From a candidate division WOR-3 bacterium (GTDB lineage: Bacteria > Hydrothermota > Tepidihabitantia > Tepidihabitantales > CAIPLT01), in contig CBFGJZ010000022.1 of NCBI GenBank assembly GCA_965649215.1, forward strand, positions 1-26,483: a DNA stretch of 26,483 nt, written 5' to 3'. The position numbers and the translations under genes were made by a program. The stretch's first letter is position 1, and every line of letters starts with the position of its first letter. This document shows, one piece after another, positions 9,430 to 18,265 of the stretch. The notes below the pieces were generated by a model. It made no database searches, was not told the DNA's origin, and saw nothing but the letters and a program-made list of their open reading frames with translations.

Positions 9430-10440
9430 CTAAAATTGTTTTAAAAATCGAATATCGTTTTCGTAAAACAAACGAATATCATTAATACGGTATTTAATCA
9501 TGGCAATTCGTTCTACCCCTAATCCAAATGCAAAGCCTGTATACTTTTCAGGATCAATGCCAACATTCTCAAAAACAGCGGGATGGACCATTCCTGACCC
9601 TAATATTTCTAACCAACCACTATTTTTACATGTTTGACAACCTTTGCCATTACAAATAACACAAGAAATTGAAACCTCAGCACTTGGTTCAGTAAATGGA
9701 AAGTACGATGGTGTAAATCGTACTTTGACTTCATCTCCAAACATTTGCTGACAGAATACTTCTAACGTCCCCTTGAGTTCTGCAAAGGATACATTTTCAT
9801 CTACATATAAGCCCTCAACTTGATGAAAAACCGGGGAATGAGATGCATCAAAATCATCGGGTCGAAAGACTCGCCCCGGCGCAATAATTCGAATTGGTGG
9901 TTTTTGTTGTTCCATAACTCGAATTTGCACCGGTGATGTATGGCTTCGTAATAATAAATTATCGGATAAATAAAAACAAGCAATTTGATCACGGGCCGGA
10001 TGATTCTCTGGAAAGTTTAATGCCGTATAATTATACCATTCCGTTTCAATCTCTGGTCCTAATTTTTCTTCAAATCCCATCCCAACAAAGATATCAACAA
10101 TTTCGTTTAATACCTTAGTTAAGGGATGTAAATTACCAACCCAAACTCTTCGACCAGGTAAAGTTAAATCATATTGAGTCTTTGTTTCACCTAATTCTTG
10201 TTGTTGGATTAACTCCGACTTTTTCTTTTCTAAATGGGTATTAAAATCTTGCTTGATTTGGTTAGCGATTTGACCAGCATGTTTACGTTCTTCTAATGGT
10301 AAATTTGCTAAGTTTTTAAGAAAATTAGTAAGTAACCCTTTCCGACCTAAATATTTAATACGAACTTCTTCAAGTTCTTCTAAGGTTGATGCTTTCTTTA
10401 ATTCATTAAGGGCATCAGCACCAATCTGCTCAATATCCAT
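9430..10440 (-). CDS. pheS: Phenylalanine--tRNA ligase alpha subunit
   Basis: HPARD, LLRSHTSPVQ, FHQVEGL, YFPFTEPS, GFAFGLGVERIAM. Confidence 0.97.
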   Translation of the reverse strand: MDIEQIGADALNELKKASTLEELEEVRIKYLGRKGLLTNFLKNLANLPLEERKHAGQIANQIKQDFNTHLEKKKSELIQQQELGETKTQYDLTLPGRRVWVGNLHPLTKVLNEIVDIFVGMGFEEKLGPEIETEWYNYTALNFPENHPARDQIACFYLSDNLLLRSHTSPVQIRVMEQQKPPIRIIAPGRVFRPDDFDASHSPVFHQVEGLYVDENVSFAELKGTLEVFCQQMFGDEVKVRFTPSYFPFTEPSAEVSISCVICNGKGCQTCKNSGWLEILGSGMVHPAVFENVGIDPEKYTGFAFGLGVERIAMIKYRINDIRLFYENDIRFLKQF

Positions 10441-10458
10441 TTAAAAACGATATATTGT

Positions 10459-10812
10459 TTAAGGTTTAGTTTTAGCTAATTCAACTAATGTCTTAAAGTC
10501 TTCAGGATTTCTTATTGCTAATTCTGATAGTGTTTTTCGGTCTAAATCGATATTATGAAGTTTAAGACCATGAATAAATTTATTATAACTTAATGCAAAT
10601 GGTTTTAGCGCGGCAGTAATGCGAGTTATCCATAATGCACGATAGGTTCGTTTCTTACGTTTACGTTCTCGATAAGCAGATTGTAAGGCTTTCATTACTT
10701 GTAGACGAGCAGTCTTATATAATTTTGATTTTGCGCCCCAATAACCTTTAGCTCGTTTAAGCCATTTTTTTCTTCTTTTCCGTGTAACTGGTCCAGTCTT
10801 TACTCGTGGCAT
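10459..10812 (-). CDS. rplT: 50S ribosomal protein L20
   Basis: MPRVK..AKGYWG..RALWITRI..LDRKTLSELA; thrS-infC-rpmI-rplT-pheS synteny. Confidence 0.97.
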   Translation of the reverse strand: MPRVKTGPVTRKRRKKWLKRAKGYWGAKSKLYKTARLQVMKALQSAYRERKRKKRTYRALWITRITAALKPFALSYNKFIHGLKLHNIDLDRKTLSELAIRNPEDFKTLVELAKTKP

Positions 10813-10827
10813 ATTGTCTCCTTCTTA

Positions 10828-11022
10828 TTAATAACCCGGCAATAGACGCCGTATTTTTTTTGTAAAAGTTTTATCAATTAATGTTGCTTTCGAAAGGGCT
10901 CTTTTACGGGCTCTTGATTTAGAGCTTAAAAGATGTTTACGACCTGCTTTACTTCTTTTGTAATGACCTTTTGCAGTTACTTTGATGCGTTTTTTTAATG
11001 AACTTAATGATTTTTGTTTCAT
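10828..11022 (-). CDS. rpmI: 50S ribosomal protein L35
   Basis: 64-aa basic protein KKRIKVTAKG..HLLSSKS..LLP; synteny. Confidence 0.93.
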   Translation of the reverse strand: MKQKSLSSLKKRIKVTAKGHYKRSKAGRKHLLSSKSRARKRALSKATLIDKTFTKKIRRLLPGY

Positions 11023-11034
11023 AATCCATCCTTC

Positions 11035-11553
11035 CTAACTTTTCGGTAACAACATTATTTGAATTGTTTGCCGACCTTCACCGAATACTTTTGGTGGTCC
11101 TTCAACAACTGCAACACTTTTAAGATCTTCAATTACTCGTTTGATAATGTCCATGGCTAAATTTTTATGTAGGATTTCTCGGCCTCGGAGTTGAAGTGAA
11201 ACTCGTACTCGATCTCGATCTGCCAAAAATTCTTTTATTTTATTTAATTTTACTTGATAGTCATTATCGCTAATCTTCATCGACAATCTAATTTCCCGTA
11301 CTGAAGTCGTATGTTGCTTTTTCTTCATTTCTTTTACTTTACTTTTTAACTCGTAAAGAAATTTACCTAAATTTACAATACCACACACAGGCGGTTGTGC
11401 ATTGGGTGCAATTTCAACTAAATCTAAACCTTGACTTCGCGCAATACGTAATGCTTCTTTGACCGGCATAATTCCTATAATTTTCTTATCCGCACCGATT
11501 AAACGCACATACGGACTTTTTATCTCTTCATTAGCGCGTGGACGATTTTTTAT
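11035..11553 (-). CDS. infC: Translation initiation factor IF-3, predicted AUA start
   Basis: Frame extends upstream of the ORF-track GTG through conserved RANEEIKSPYVRLI to ATA at 11553-11551, preceded by GGAGGT; LDLVEIAPNAQPPVC motif. Confidence 0.92.
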   Translation of the reverse strand: MKNRPRANEEIKSPYVRLIGADKKIIGIMPVKEALRIARSQGLDLVEIAPNAQPPVCGIVNLGKFLYELKSKVKEMKKKQHTTSVREIRLSMKISDNDYQVKLNKIKEFLADRDRVRVSLQLRGREILHKNLAMDIIKRVIEDLKSVAVVEGPPKVFGEGRQTIQIMLLPKS

Positions 11554-11557
11554 ACTC

Positions 11558-13456
11558 TTACCTCCGTTTATTAATATCTTCTTTGATACTACTTATCACA
11601 GTATCAAGAGTACTCGCACCTAAATCACCTTGTTGTCGTTTACGCAAAGCAACCTGCCGATTTTCCTTTTCGCGTTTACCGATAATCAAGATATATGGTA
11701 TTTTTTCTCGTTCAGCTTCTGATATTTTATAACTAATTTTTTCATTTCGAAAATCACCTTCAACCCGAATTTTTTCTGATTTTAACTTATTAATAACTTC
11801 TTGGGCATAGTCCATTTCACCTTCAGTTATGGTCATCACTTTTACCTGCACAGGACATAGCCAAACAGGAAAAGCACCACCATAATGTTCAATTAAAATA
11901 CCCAGAAACCTCTCTAAAGCACCTAAAATCGCTCGATGAATCATAAAAGGAGTATGATGACGACCATCGGCTCCCATATAATAAAGGTTAAATCGTGCCG
12001 GTAGATTAAAGTCAAATTGAATTGTTGGGCACTGCCATTCACGACCTAAACTATCCAATAATTTAATATCAATCTTAGGTGCATAAAAAGTTGCTTCACC
12101 TTCTCTTTTGGTATAACTTAAACTCGATTTCTCTAAAGCTTTAATTAAGGCACGTTCACCCATTTCCCATTGTTCATCAGTACCAACATATTGCTCTTTA
12201 TGGGCAGGATCTCGTAATGATAAATCAATATGAAAATCGTTAAATCCAAAATCAGACATTATCTTTAATGCTAATTGCAAAGTTCGATAAATTTCATCTT
12301 CAATTTGCTCAGGGGTGCAAAAAATATGCGCATCATCTTGGGTAAATCCCCTAACTCGTAACGCCCCATGCATGACACCTGATCGTTCGTTGCGATATAC
12401 GGTTCCTAATTCTGCATATCGAATCGGCAATTCACGATAACTTCTCACTGCGGAACGATAGATTAAAATGTGACCTGGACAATTCATTGGTTTTAATGAA
12501 TATTCTTCTTTTTCAATAGTCAATGTAAACATATTCTCTTTATAATAAGAGAAATGTCCTGAGGTTTCCCATAAATGACCTCTCGCAATATGTGGGGTAT
12601 ATATTAATTCATAACCAGCTTGATAGTGAGTATCAATCCAATAATCCTCAATAATTCTTCTTAATTTTGCTCCTTTCGGAGTCCATAACATCAATCCTGG
12701 TCCTAATTCTTCTGAGAAAAGAAATAATCCTAATTGCGGTCCGAGTTTTCTGTGATCGCGTCGTTTTGCATCTTCTAATTTTTTTAAATAATCATCTAAC
12801 TCCGTTTGACTTGGGAAAGATATACCATAGATTCTTTGTAACATCGGATTATGTTCATCACCTTTCCAATAAGCACCTGCTACAGAGAGTAATTTAAATG
12901 CTTTAATCACACCCGTATTGGGTACATGGGGTCCTAAACAAAGATCAAAAAAACCATTTTGTTCGTAAATGGAAATCTGTTCATCTGGTAACTCGGAAAG
13001 AATTTCTAATTTATATTTTTCGTTTTTAACTTGAAATAAGCTCTCAATCTCAGTTCGTGATTTCAATTTATGGATGATTGGTATTCTCTTTTCAACTAAT
13101 TCGTGCATCTTGCTTTCAATCTTTTCTAAATCAGCTTCTGTTAAAGATTGATTCAAATCAAAATCATAATAAAAACCTTCATCAATAGCTGGTCCAATCG
13201 CTAACTTAACATTTGGATAAAGCATCGTTACTGCATGTGCCATTAAATGAGCTGTGGAATGCCAAAAAATTGATTTCCCTTCTGAAGATTGAAAAGTTAT
13301 TGGTGAAATTTCCGCATCTTCTTTTATCTCCGTTGATAAATCAACTAATTGTCCATTCATTTTTGCTGCAATAATATTATCATCCTTTAATAATTCATTA
13401 ATCTTAATACCTGGTTTGCTACTAATTATGTTCTCACCTAATTTAATTTTAATCAT
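11558..13456 (-). CDS. thrS: Threonine--tRNA ligase
   Basis: HSTAHLMAHA editing motif, KPMNCPGH, RGFTQDDAH, IHRAILG. Confidence 0.97.
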   Translation of the reverse strand: MIKIKLGENIISSKPGIKINELLKDDNIIAAKMNGQLVDLSTEIKEDAEISPITFQSSEGKSIFWHSTAHLMAHAVTMLYPNVKLAIGPAIDEGFYYDFDLNQSLTEADLEKIESKMHELVEKRIPIIHKLKSRTEIESLFQVKNEKYKLEILSELPDEQISIYEQNGFFDLCLGPHVPNTGVIKAFKLLSVAGAYWKGDEHNPMLQRIYGISFPSQTELDDYLKKLEDAKRRDHRKLGPQLGLFLFSEELGPGLMLWTPKGAKLRRIIEDYWIDTHYQAGYELIYTPHIARGHLWETSGHFSYYKENMFTLTIEKEEYSLKPMNCPGHILIYRSAVRSYRELPIRYAELGTVYRNERSGVMHGALRVRGFTQDDAHIFCTPEQIEDEIYRTLQLALKIMSDFGFNDFHIDLSLRDPAHKEQYVGTDEQWEMGERALIKALEKSSLSYTKREGEATFYAPKIDIKLLDSLGREWQCPTIQFDFNLPARFNLYYMGADGRHHTPFMIHRAILGALERFLGILIEHYGGAFPVWLCPVQVKVMTITEGEMDYAQEVINKLKSEKIRVEGDFRNEKISYKISEAEREKIPYILIIGKREKENRQVALRKRQQGDLGASTLDTVISSIKEDINKRR

Positions 13457-13467
13457 AATAATATTAG

Positions 13468-13495
13468 ATAATAATTAGAAATTATTAAAAGTCAA
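13468..13495 (-). promoter_or_regulatory. sigma70-type promoter for the thrS operon
   Basis: Minus strand TTGACT (13495-13490), 16 bp spacer, TATTAT (13473-13468). Confidence 0.55.
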
Positions 13496-13535
13496 GAGAT
13501 ATTAACATCTTTCTCTTAACAAAATATTATATTTG

Positions 13536-14711
13536 CTAAAAATTAATATGAATTACTTTAGCCCCTGGAATACCGTTAAAGTTTGTTGATGAAGCAATCG
13601 TATAAGCACCAACTTTATCAGCAATTAATAAATCGCCAATTTCTAACTCACCGGGTAATTGTTCACTTGTAGAAATTTTATCAAAACTATCACAAGTTGG
13701 ACCAGCTACCGTACAAACTTCAATCTCCCCTTTCTGTTGATCTTTACTAAAAGGTCGAAAATGATAGATACAATGGTCAAAAACAACTCCTGAAAAGGTA
13801 TGATAGACTCCATCATTAACATAGTAGAAACGTTTACCATCTCTGCGGGACCGACCTTGAATTCTCACAATACAGGTTGCTGCATCACCAACCATAAAAC
13901 GACCAGGTTCAGCAATAATTTGATAATCATTAGGAAACAAACGATCTAATTCGTTATTTAATATTTCTGCTAATGTCTCAAATGCAGGAACATCATCAGT
14001 ATATGAGGTAGGGAAACCTCCGCCAATATCTAAAATTTTATAATCTCGGTCAGCCAGTCCGACTTTGAGTCCGTATCGTTCTGCTTCATGAAATACACTT
14101 GATGCGATTGCTAATGCATCAACATAATTTCGAAAATTGGTACATTGACTACCAACATGAAAACTTAAACCTTCAACATTTAAACCCAAGTCAATGGCAG
14201 CTTTTATCAAATCAATTGCTTCGGCTGGACGTACTCCAAACTTACCGCCCATTTCAACCATTGAACCAGTATCTGGTACTTTTAATCGCAAAATTAGGCC
14301 AGCGGTATCGCAATAGCGTTTAATCTTTAATAATTCATCAATATTATCATAAGTAACTAACGGTTTAAATTTTCTTAAAGCTTTCAGAGTTGATTCCGGT
14401 TTAATCGTATTTGAAAAGATAATTTTATCCCAGATATAATATTCAGAATCCTGTTCGGTCCAATCTTTAATAAGATTATATACTAAAAGAAATTCGCTTA
14501 ATGAAGCTGCATCAAAACTTGCCCCTTCATTAAAAAGGGTTGTAATAATAGCAGGTTCAGGATTTGCTTTTATCGCATAATAAACTTGAATACGCGGTAA
14601 ATTTTTCTTAAACCGATGATAATTTTCACGAATTTTGCTGTGATCAACAATAAATAATGATTGTTCACAACCATATTTATCAACTAATTCCAATAATTGT
14701 GCTTCCGTCAT
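13536..14711 (-). CDS. Fold-type III PLP-dependent decarboxylase, ornithine (or lysine/ornithine) decarboxylase-like
   Basis: YAIKAN PLP lysine, SFHVGSQC, DIGGGFP, EPGRF, GPTCDSFD, GAYT; 391 aa. Confidence 0.88.
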   Translation of the reverse strand: MTEAQLLELVDKYGCEQSLFIVDHSKIRENYHRFKKNLPRIQVYYAIKANPEPAIITTLFNEGASFDAASLSEFLLVYNLIKDWTEQDSEYYIWDKIIFSNTIKPESTLKALRKFKPLVTYDNIDELLKIKRYCDTAGLILRLKVPDTGSMVEMGGKFGVRPAEAIDLIKAAIDLGLNVEGLSFHVGSQCTNFRNYVDALAIASSVFHEAERYGLKVGLADRDYKILDIGGGFPTSYTDDVPAFETLAEILNNELDRLFPNDYQIIAEPGRFMVGDAATCIVRIQGRSRRDGKRFYYVNDGVYHTFSGVVFDHCIYHFRPFSKDQQKGEIEVCTVAGPTCDSFDKISTSEQLPGELEIGDLLIADKVGAYTIASSTNFNGIPGAKVIHINF

Positions 14712-14726
14712 TAAATGTATGGTCTT

Positions 14727-15863
14727 TTACTTCAATAAATTTAACAAATTGGGAATTTCTTTATTATATTGGAAATAAACTTTTCGTAATTTGTGATAAA
14801 GTTTAATACGACGAAAATATAGTTTTTTATATCTTTTTTTCGGAGTTTGTGACAGAACATAATTAGTAATTAATGGTAAGTAGACTGTTGAGTCACCATA
14901 AACAACTACATTTTCTTCAATTTTATTAGGATCAATTTTTCCCCAAGAAACTGCTTCGCTGGGTGTTGCGCCTGAAAGTCCACCGGTATCAGGACGAGCA
15001 TCGGTTATATTTATATCATAATCGTGACCCATTTCTTTAATTCGTAGAATTTCTTGAATTTGGGGCTCAGTTTGTAACATAAAATTCTTAGGACTGCCGC
15101 CTCCTACTAATATTACAGCGGATTTGCCACCGGACATCTTTGCATCTAAAACTATTGCGGTTGATTCATTAACATCAATACTTGGATTGATTTTTAAGCG
15201 AAAATTTTTGTCTTCTAATAATTCTAAACCAGCAATATTCATTCCAATCGTACTATCACCGGGAGACGAAGTAAAAATTGGAATTCCTAATCGATAGGCA
15301 CAAGCTAAAATACTAACTTCACCTGTTTTATTTTTCTTTTCATATTCATCCATGGCTTTGCCTAAAAGATAATAAAATTCTTGAGTTCCCATCTCTTTTT
15401 GAAATTCTTTACGAATCAGAATTCTTCTTAATTCAAAATCGGTTTTTAATAAGACATTATAATAATCGCCAAAAATATCGTAGATTCTTATCACACCACA
15501 CTTTCGCAAATCAGCATCATTTACATTTGGTTTACCTTGATGCAGTGGTAAATTAAAAGCAAAATGAATATCGTGATACATGTTGGCACCAGTTGCTACT
15601 AACCAATCAATATACCCATGTTTCATTAACGGAATGATACACGACGGACCTAAACCAGCAGGTGTTAAAGCACCTGCTAAACTCATTCCAATCGTCACTT
15701 TATCATCAGAATATTTTTCTTTAATAAGAATGCAAGCTGCTCTAAGTCGACCGCCATTATATGCTAACATTGTTTCTTCGATCAATTTTGCAACCGAATC
15801 TTTATCCGTAATAGCTTTAGGAAATATTCTTTTACCACATAAATATTTCTGTGATTTCTTCAT
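14727..15863 (-). CDS. speY: Deoxyhypusine synthase-like protein, putative homospermidine synthase (SpeY-like)
   Basis: AGALTPAGLG, ATGANMYHD, SSPGDSTIG, GGGSPKNF, DTGGLSGATPSEAVSWGK; start placed at ATG 15863 just downstream of a promoter. Confidence 0.8.
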   Translation of the reverse strand: MKKSQKYLCGKRIFPKAITDKDSVAKLIEETMLAYNGGRLRAACILIKEKYSDDKVTIGMSLAGALTPAGLGPSCIIPLMKHGYIDWLVATGANMYHDIHFAFNLPLHQGKPNVNDADLRKCGVIRIYDIFGDYYNVLLKTDFELRRILIRKEFQKEMGTQEFYYLLGKAMDEYEKKNKTGEVSILACAYRLGIPIFTSSPGDSTIGMNIAGLELLEDKNFRLKINPSIDVNESTAIVLDAKMSGGKSAVILVGGGSPKNFMLQTEPQIQEILRIKEMGHDYDINITDARPDTGGLSGATPSEAVSWGKIDPNKIEENVVVYGDSTVYLPLITNYVLSQTPKKRYKKLYFRRIKLYHKLRKVYFQYNKEIPNLLNLLK

Positions 15864-15870
15864 AAACTTT

Positions 15871-15934
15871 ATCATATTAAGAAAAGCATAAAAGTCAATA
15901 GTTTTATTGACACAAGCAATAAAACTTATATAAT
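15871..15934. promoter_or_regulatory. Back-to-back divergent sigma70-type promoters (speY-like / porin)
   Basis: Minus: TTGACT 15898-15893 and TATGAT 15876-15871. Plus: TTGACA 15907-15912 and TATAAT 15929-15934. Confidence 0.65.
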
Positions 15935-15954
15935 TGTAGATAAAAAGATAGGCT

Positions 15955-16875
15955 ATGAAAAAGATTTTCATTATTATTATATTTTTATTAGGTATAACTT
16001 TCGCTCAAGAAGTTACAATTAGCCACGGTAAATTATCCATTGATGGTCTTTTATGGCTTACCTATCAATACACAAAAGATACTATTGTCTCGAATACTTT
16101 TAATCGACGCGCAGCATTTTTAGGATTAAGTTCCAAACTAACGGAACAAATATCTGCTCGGATCTATATTGATATTGCGAATATGAGTGCTTATGACATC
16201 TATATAATGTATAAAACACATTCCAAAGTTTCTTTCCTCTTTGGACAATTCAAATTACCGCTGGGTATTGAAGTTTTAACCAAACCACAACAACTTGAAT
16301 TGATTCAATATTCACTAATTGGTCGAGATCCAATACGAACTCCGAAAGGCACACGGGATATTGGTATCCAAACTTCCCTGGCTTTTCCGTTTATTGATTT
16401 AACTTTAGCATTAGTTAATGGTAATGGTCGCAATACTTATGATGATGATAATAAAAAATGTCTGGCTTCTCGTCTTCTTATAAAACCCTTAAATACTGCC
16501 AATATATTTATTGGCGCAAACTATTTTGGGGGGCAATACAATAATTCCCAGCAAAAGTTCTCAAAACTTGGGTTAGAATTAAATTACACGGTTAAACCAA
16601 TTATTTTCAAAGCAGAATTTCTTTCTAATGATGATGCTTTAAAAGGAAGTGGTTATTATTTTCAATTAGGTTATAATTGGCTTTGGTTACAACCGATCTT
16701 TCGTTATTCTGCTTTCAAAATACAAAATCAAGACCGATTAGATGAATATACGTTCGGTCTGAATTTGTGTCCCCTTTCAGATAATTTAAAAATATTAATA
16801 AATTATAAATTCGAAAAAATTTCTCTTAATAACAAACAGAGTGGTATTTTAACACAAGTGCAATTTGCTTTTTAA
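15955..16875 (+). CDS. Outer-membrane beta-barrel porin (porin O/P-like)
   Basis: Signal peptide, GQFKLPLG motif, RDIGI, NGNG, alternating beta-strand pattern, C-terminal Phe (QVQFAF). Confidence 0.75.
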   Translation: MKKIFIIIIFLLGITFAQEVTISHGKLSIDGLLWLTYQYTKDTIVSNTFNRRAAFLGLSSKLTEQISARIYIDIANMSAYDIYIMYKTHSKVSFLFGQFKLPLGIEVLTKPQQLELIQYSLIGRDPIRTPKGTRDIGIQTSLAFPFIDLTLALVNGNGRNTYDDDNKKCLASRLLIKPLNTANIFIGANYFGGQYNNSQQKFSKLGLELNYTVKPIIFKAEFLSNDDALKGSGYYFQLGYNWLWLQPIFRYSAFKIQNQDRLDEYTFGLNLCPLSDNLKILINYKFEKISLNNKQSGILTQVQFAF

Positions 16876-16918
16876 TAGTCTTGACAATTATAATTTTTTT
16901 TATAATAATAAGTTAGTT

Positions 16919-16992
16919 GGGCCTATAGCTCAGTCGGCTAGAGCGCGTCCCTGATAAGGACGAGGTCAGTAGTTCAATTCTACTTAGGCCCA
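16919..16992 (+). tRNA. tRNA-Ile(GAT)
   Basis: GGGCCTA/TAGGCCC acceptor stem, CGTCC-CTGATAA-GGACG anticodon arm, AGTTCAATTCT T-arm; CCA not encoded; TTGACA at 16881 upstream. Confidence 0.95.
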
Positions 16993-17001
16993 TTTTTTCT
17001 T

Positions 17002-17856
17002 ATGAAAAAACCAGTTCTCATTACAATCATTATTTTAGCAAGTATTGTTTATTTACTAATTTTGACTTTTATCATAATATCTTTTAGAAAAACATCTACT
17101 TTTGCATCTGATGCCATTGCGGTTATTGAAGTTGAAGGTGTTATTAGTGAAGCCAAACCAATTGTTGATCAGTTAAAAAAATATACTAAAAATCCGTTTA
17201 TCAAAGGTATTCTGATACGAATCGATAGTCCAGGTGGTGGGGTTGTTGCTGCTCAAGAAATTTATAATGAAATTAAAAATACCAAAACTAAAGGCAAGAA
17301 AATTGTTGTTTCAATGGGTGCAATTTCTGCATCCGGTGGTTATTATATAGCATGTCCAGCAGATATAATCGTTGCTAATCCTGGTACTCTAACGGGTTCA
17401 ATTGGTGTTATTATGCAATTTCCGATTATTGATGAACTATTAAAGAAAATTGGTATTCGTTTTGAAACTATCAAATCCAAAGAACATAAAGATATTGCAT
17501 CCCCATTTCGTCCTTTAACCGAAAAGGAACGCAACTTACTGACGGAAACGACGTTAGATATTTATGACCAATTTATTGAAGTTATTGTGGATAATCGCAA
17601 TCTTCTCCGGGAACAAATTTTAGCGATTGCTGATGGTCGAATTTTCTCAGGCCAACAAGCTCAGAAATATGGATTAGTTGATAGTTTAGGAAGTTATCAA
17701 GATGCAATTAAAATTACGGCCCATCTTTGCGGTATAAAAAAAGAACCTAAAATAATTAAAGAGCGACCGCCCTTTTCCTTTTTTAGAAAAGCATTAAGTC
17801 GCTCTTTAAGTCGATTAGTATCGCCGATACCCTTGTATCTGTATCAGCTTAATTAA
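17002..17856 (+). CDS. sppA: Signal peptide peptidase SppA, short type (peptidase S49)
   Basis: N-terminal TM, RIDSPGGG, SASGGYYIA, TGSIGV, ADGRIFSG. Confidence 0.92.
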   Translation: MKKPVLITIIILASIVYLLILTFIIISFRKTSTFASDAIAVIEVEGVISEAKPIVDQLKKYTKNPFIKGILIRIDSPGGGVVAAQEIYNEIKNTKTKGKKIVVSMGAISASGGYYIACPADIIVANPGTLTGSIGVIMQFPIIDELLKKIGIRFETIKSKEHKDIASPFRPLTEKERNLLTETTLDIYDQFIEVIVDNRNLLREQILAIADGRIFSGQQAQKYGLVDSLGSYQDAIKITAHLCGIKKEPKIIKERPPFSFFRKALSRSLSRLVSPIPLYLYQLN

Positions 17857-18248
17857 TCCCCTTCGGTTGTTCCTCCCAAATCTCTAATCAATCGGCGGAT
17901 CTTTCGGATATGTTCTTGAGTATTATTATATCCTTCTTCTCTTTCTTCGCGGGTTGTTTTACCTTTTAATTCTTCCACCGATTTCATAAATTCTTCCATT
18001 TCTGCATCTAACGCTTGAATACTTCCTGCAACTTCTGATGCAGATCCATATTTTCGCTTAATTCGCTCAATACGTCGGTTAAATTGCTCAATTTGTCGTT
18101 CCATTCGATTGATATATCGTTCGTATGCTTCATCACTTAAAGGTTTCGTAACCTTTAATGCGGCGGCTTGCCTGCGGGTGGAAACAATAAAAATAACACC
18201 CAAAACCACGACAATTGCGACAATTGTCCAGATTACTACTCGACTCAT
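17853..18248 (-). CDS. Hypothetical membrane-anchored helical/coiled-coil protein
   Basis: AAGGAGG SD 17 bp gap after the secA stop; one N-terminal TM helix then charged helical sequence. Confidence 0.75.
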   Translation of the reverse strand: MSRVVIWTIVAIVVVLGVIFIVSTRRQAAALKVTKPLSDEAYERYINRMERQIEQFNRRIERIKRKYGSASEVAGSIQALDAEMEEFMKSVEELKGKTTREEREEGYNNTQEHIRKIRRLIRDLGGTTEGD

Positions 18249-18265
18249 TTTGCCTCCTTATGATT

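Noticed and set aside
15864-15971. ORF-track N-terminal extension of the speY-like gene
   Set aside because: Spans the divergent promoters and overlaps the porin start
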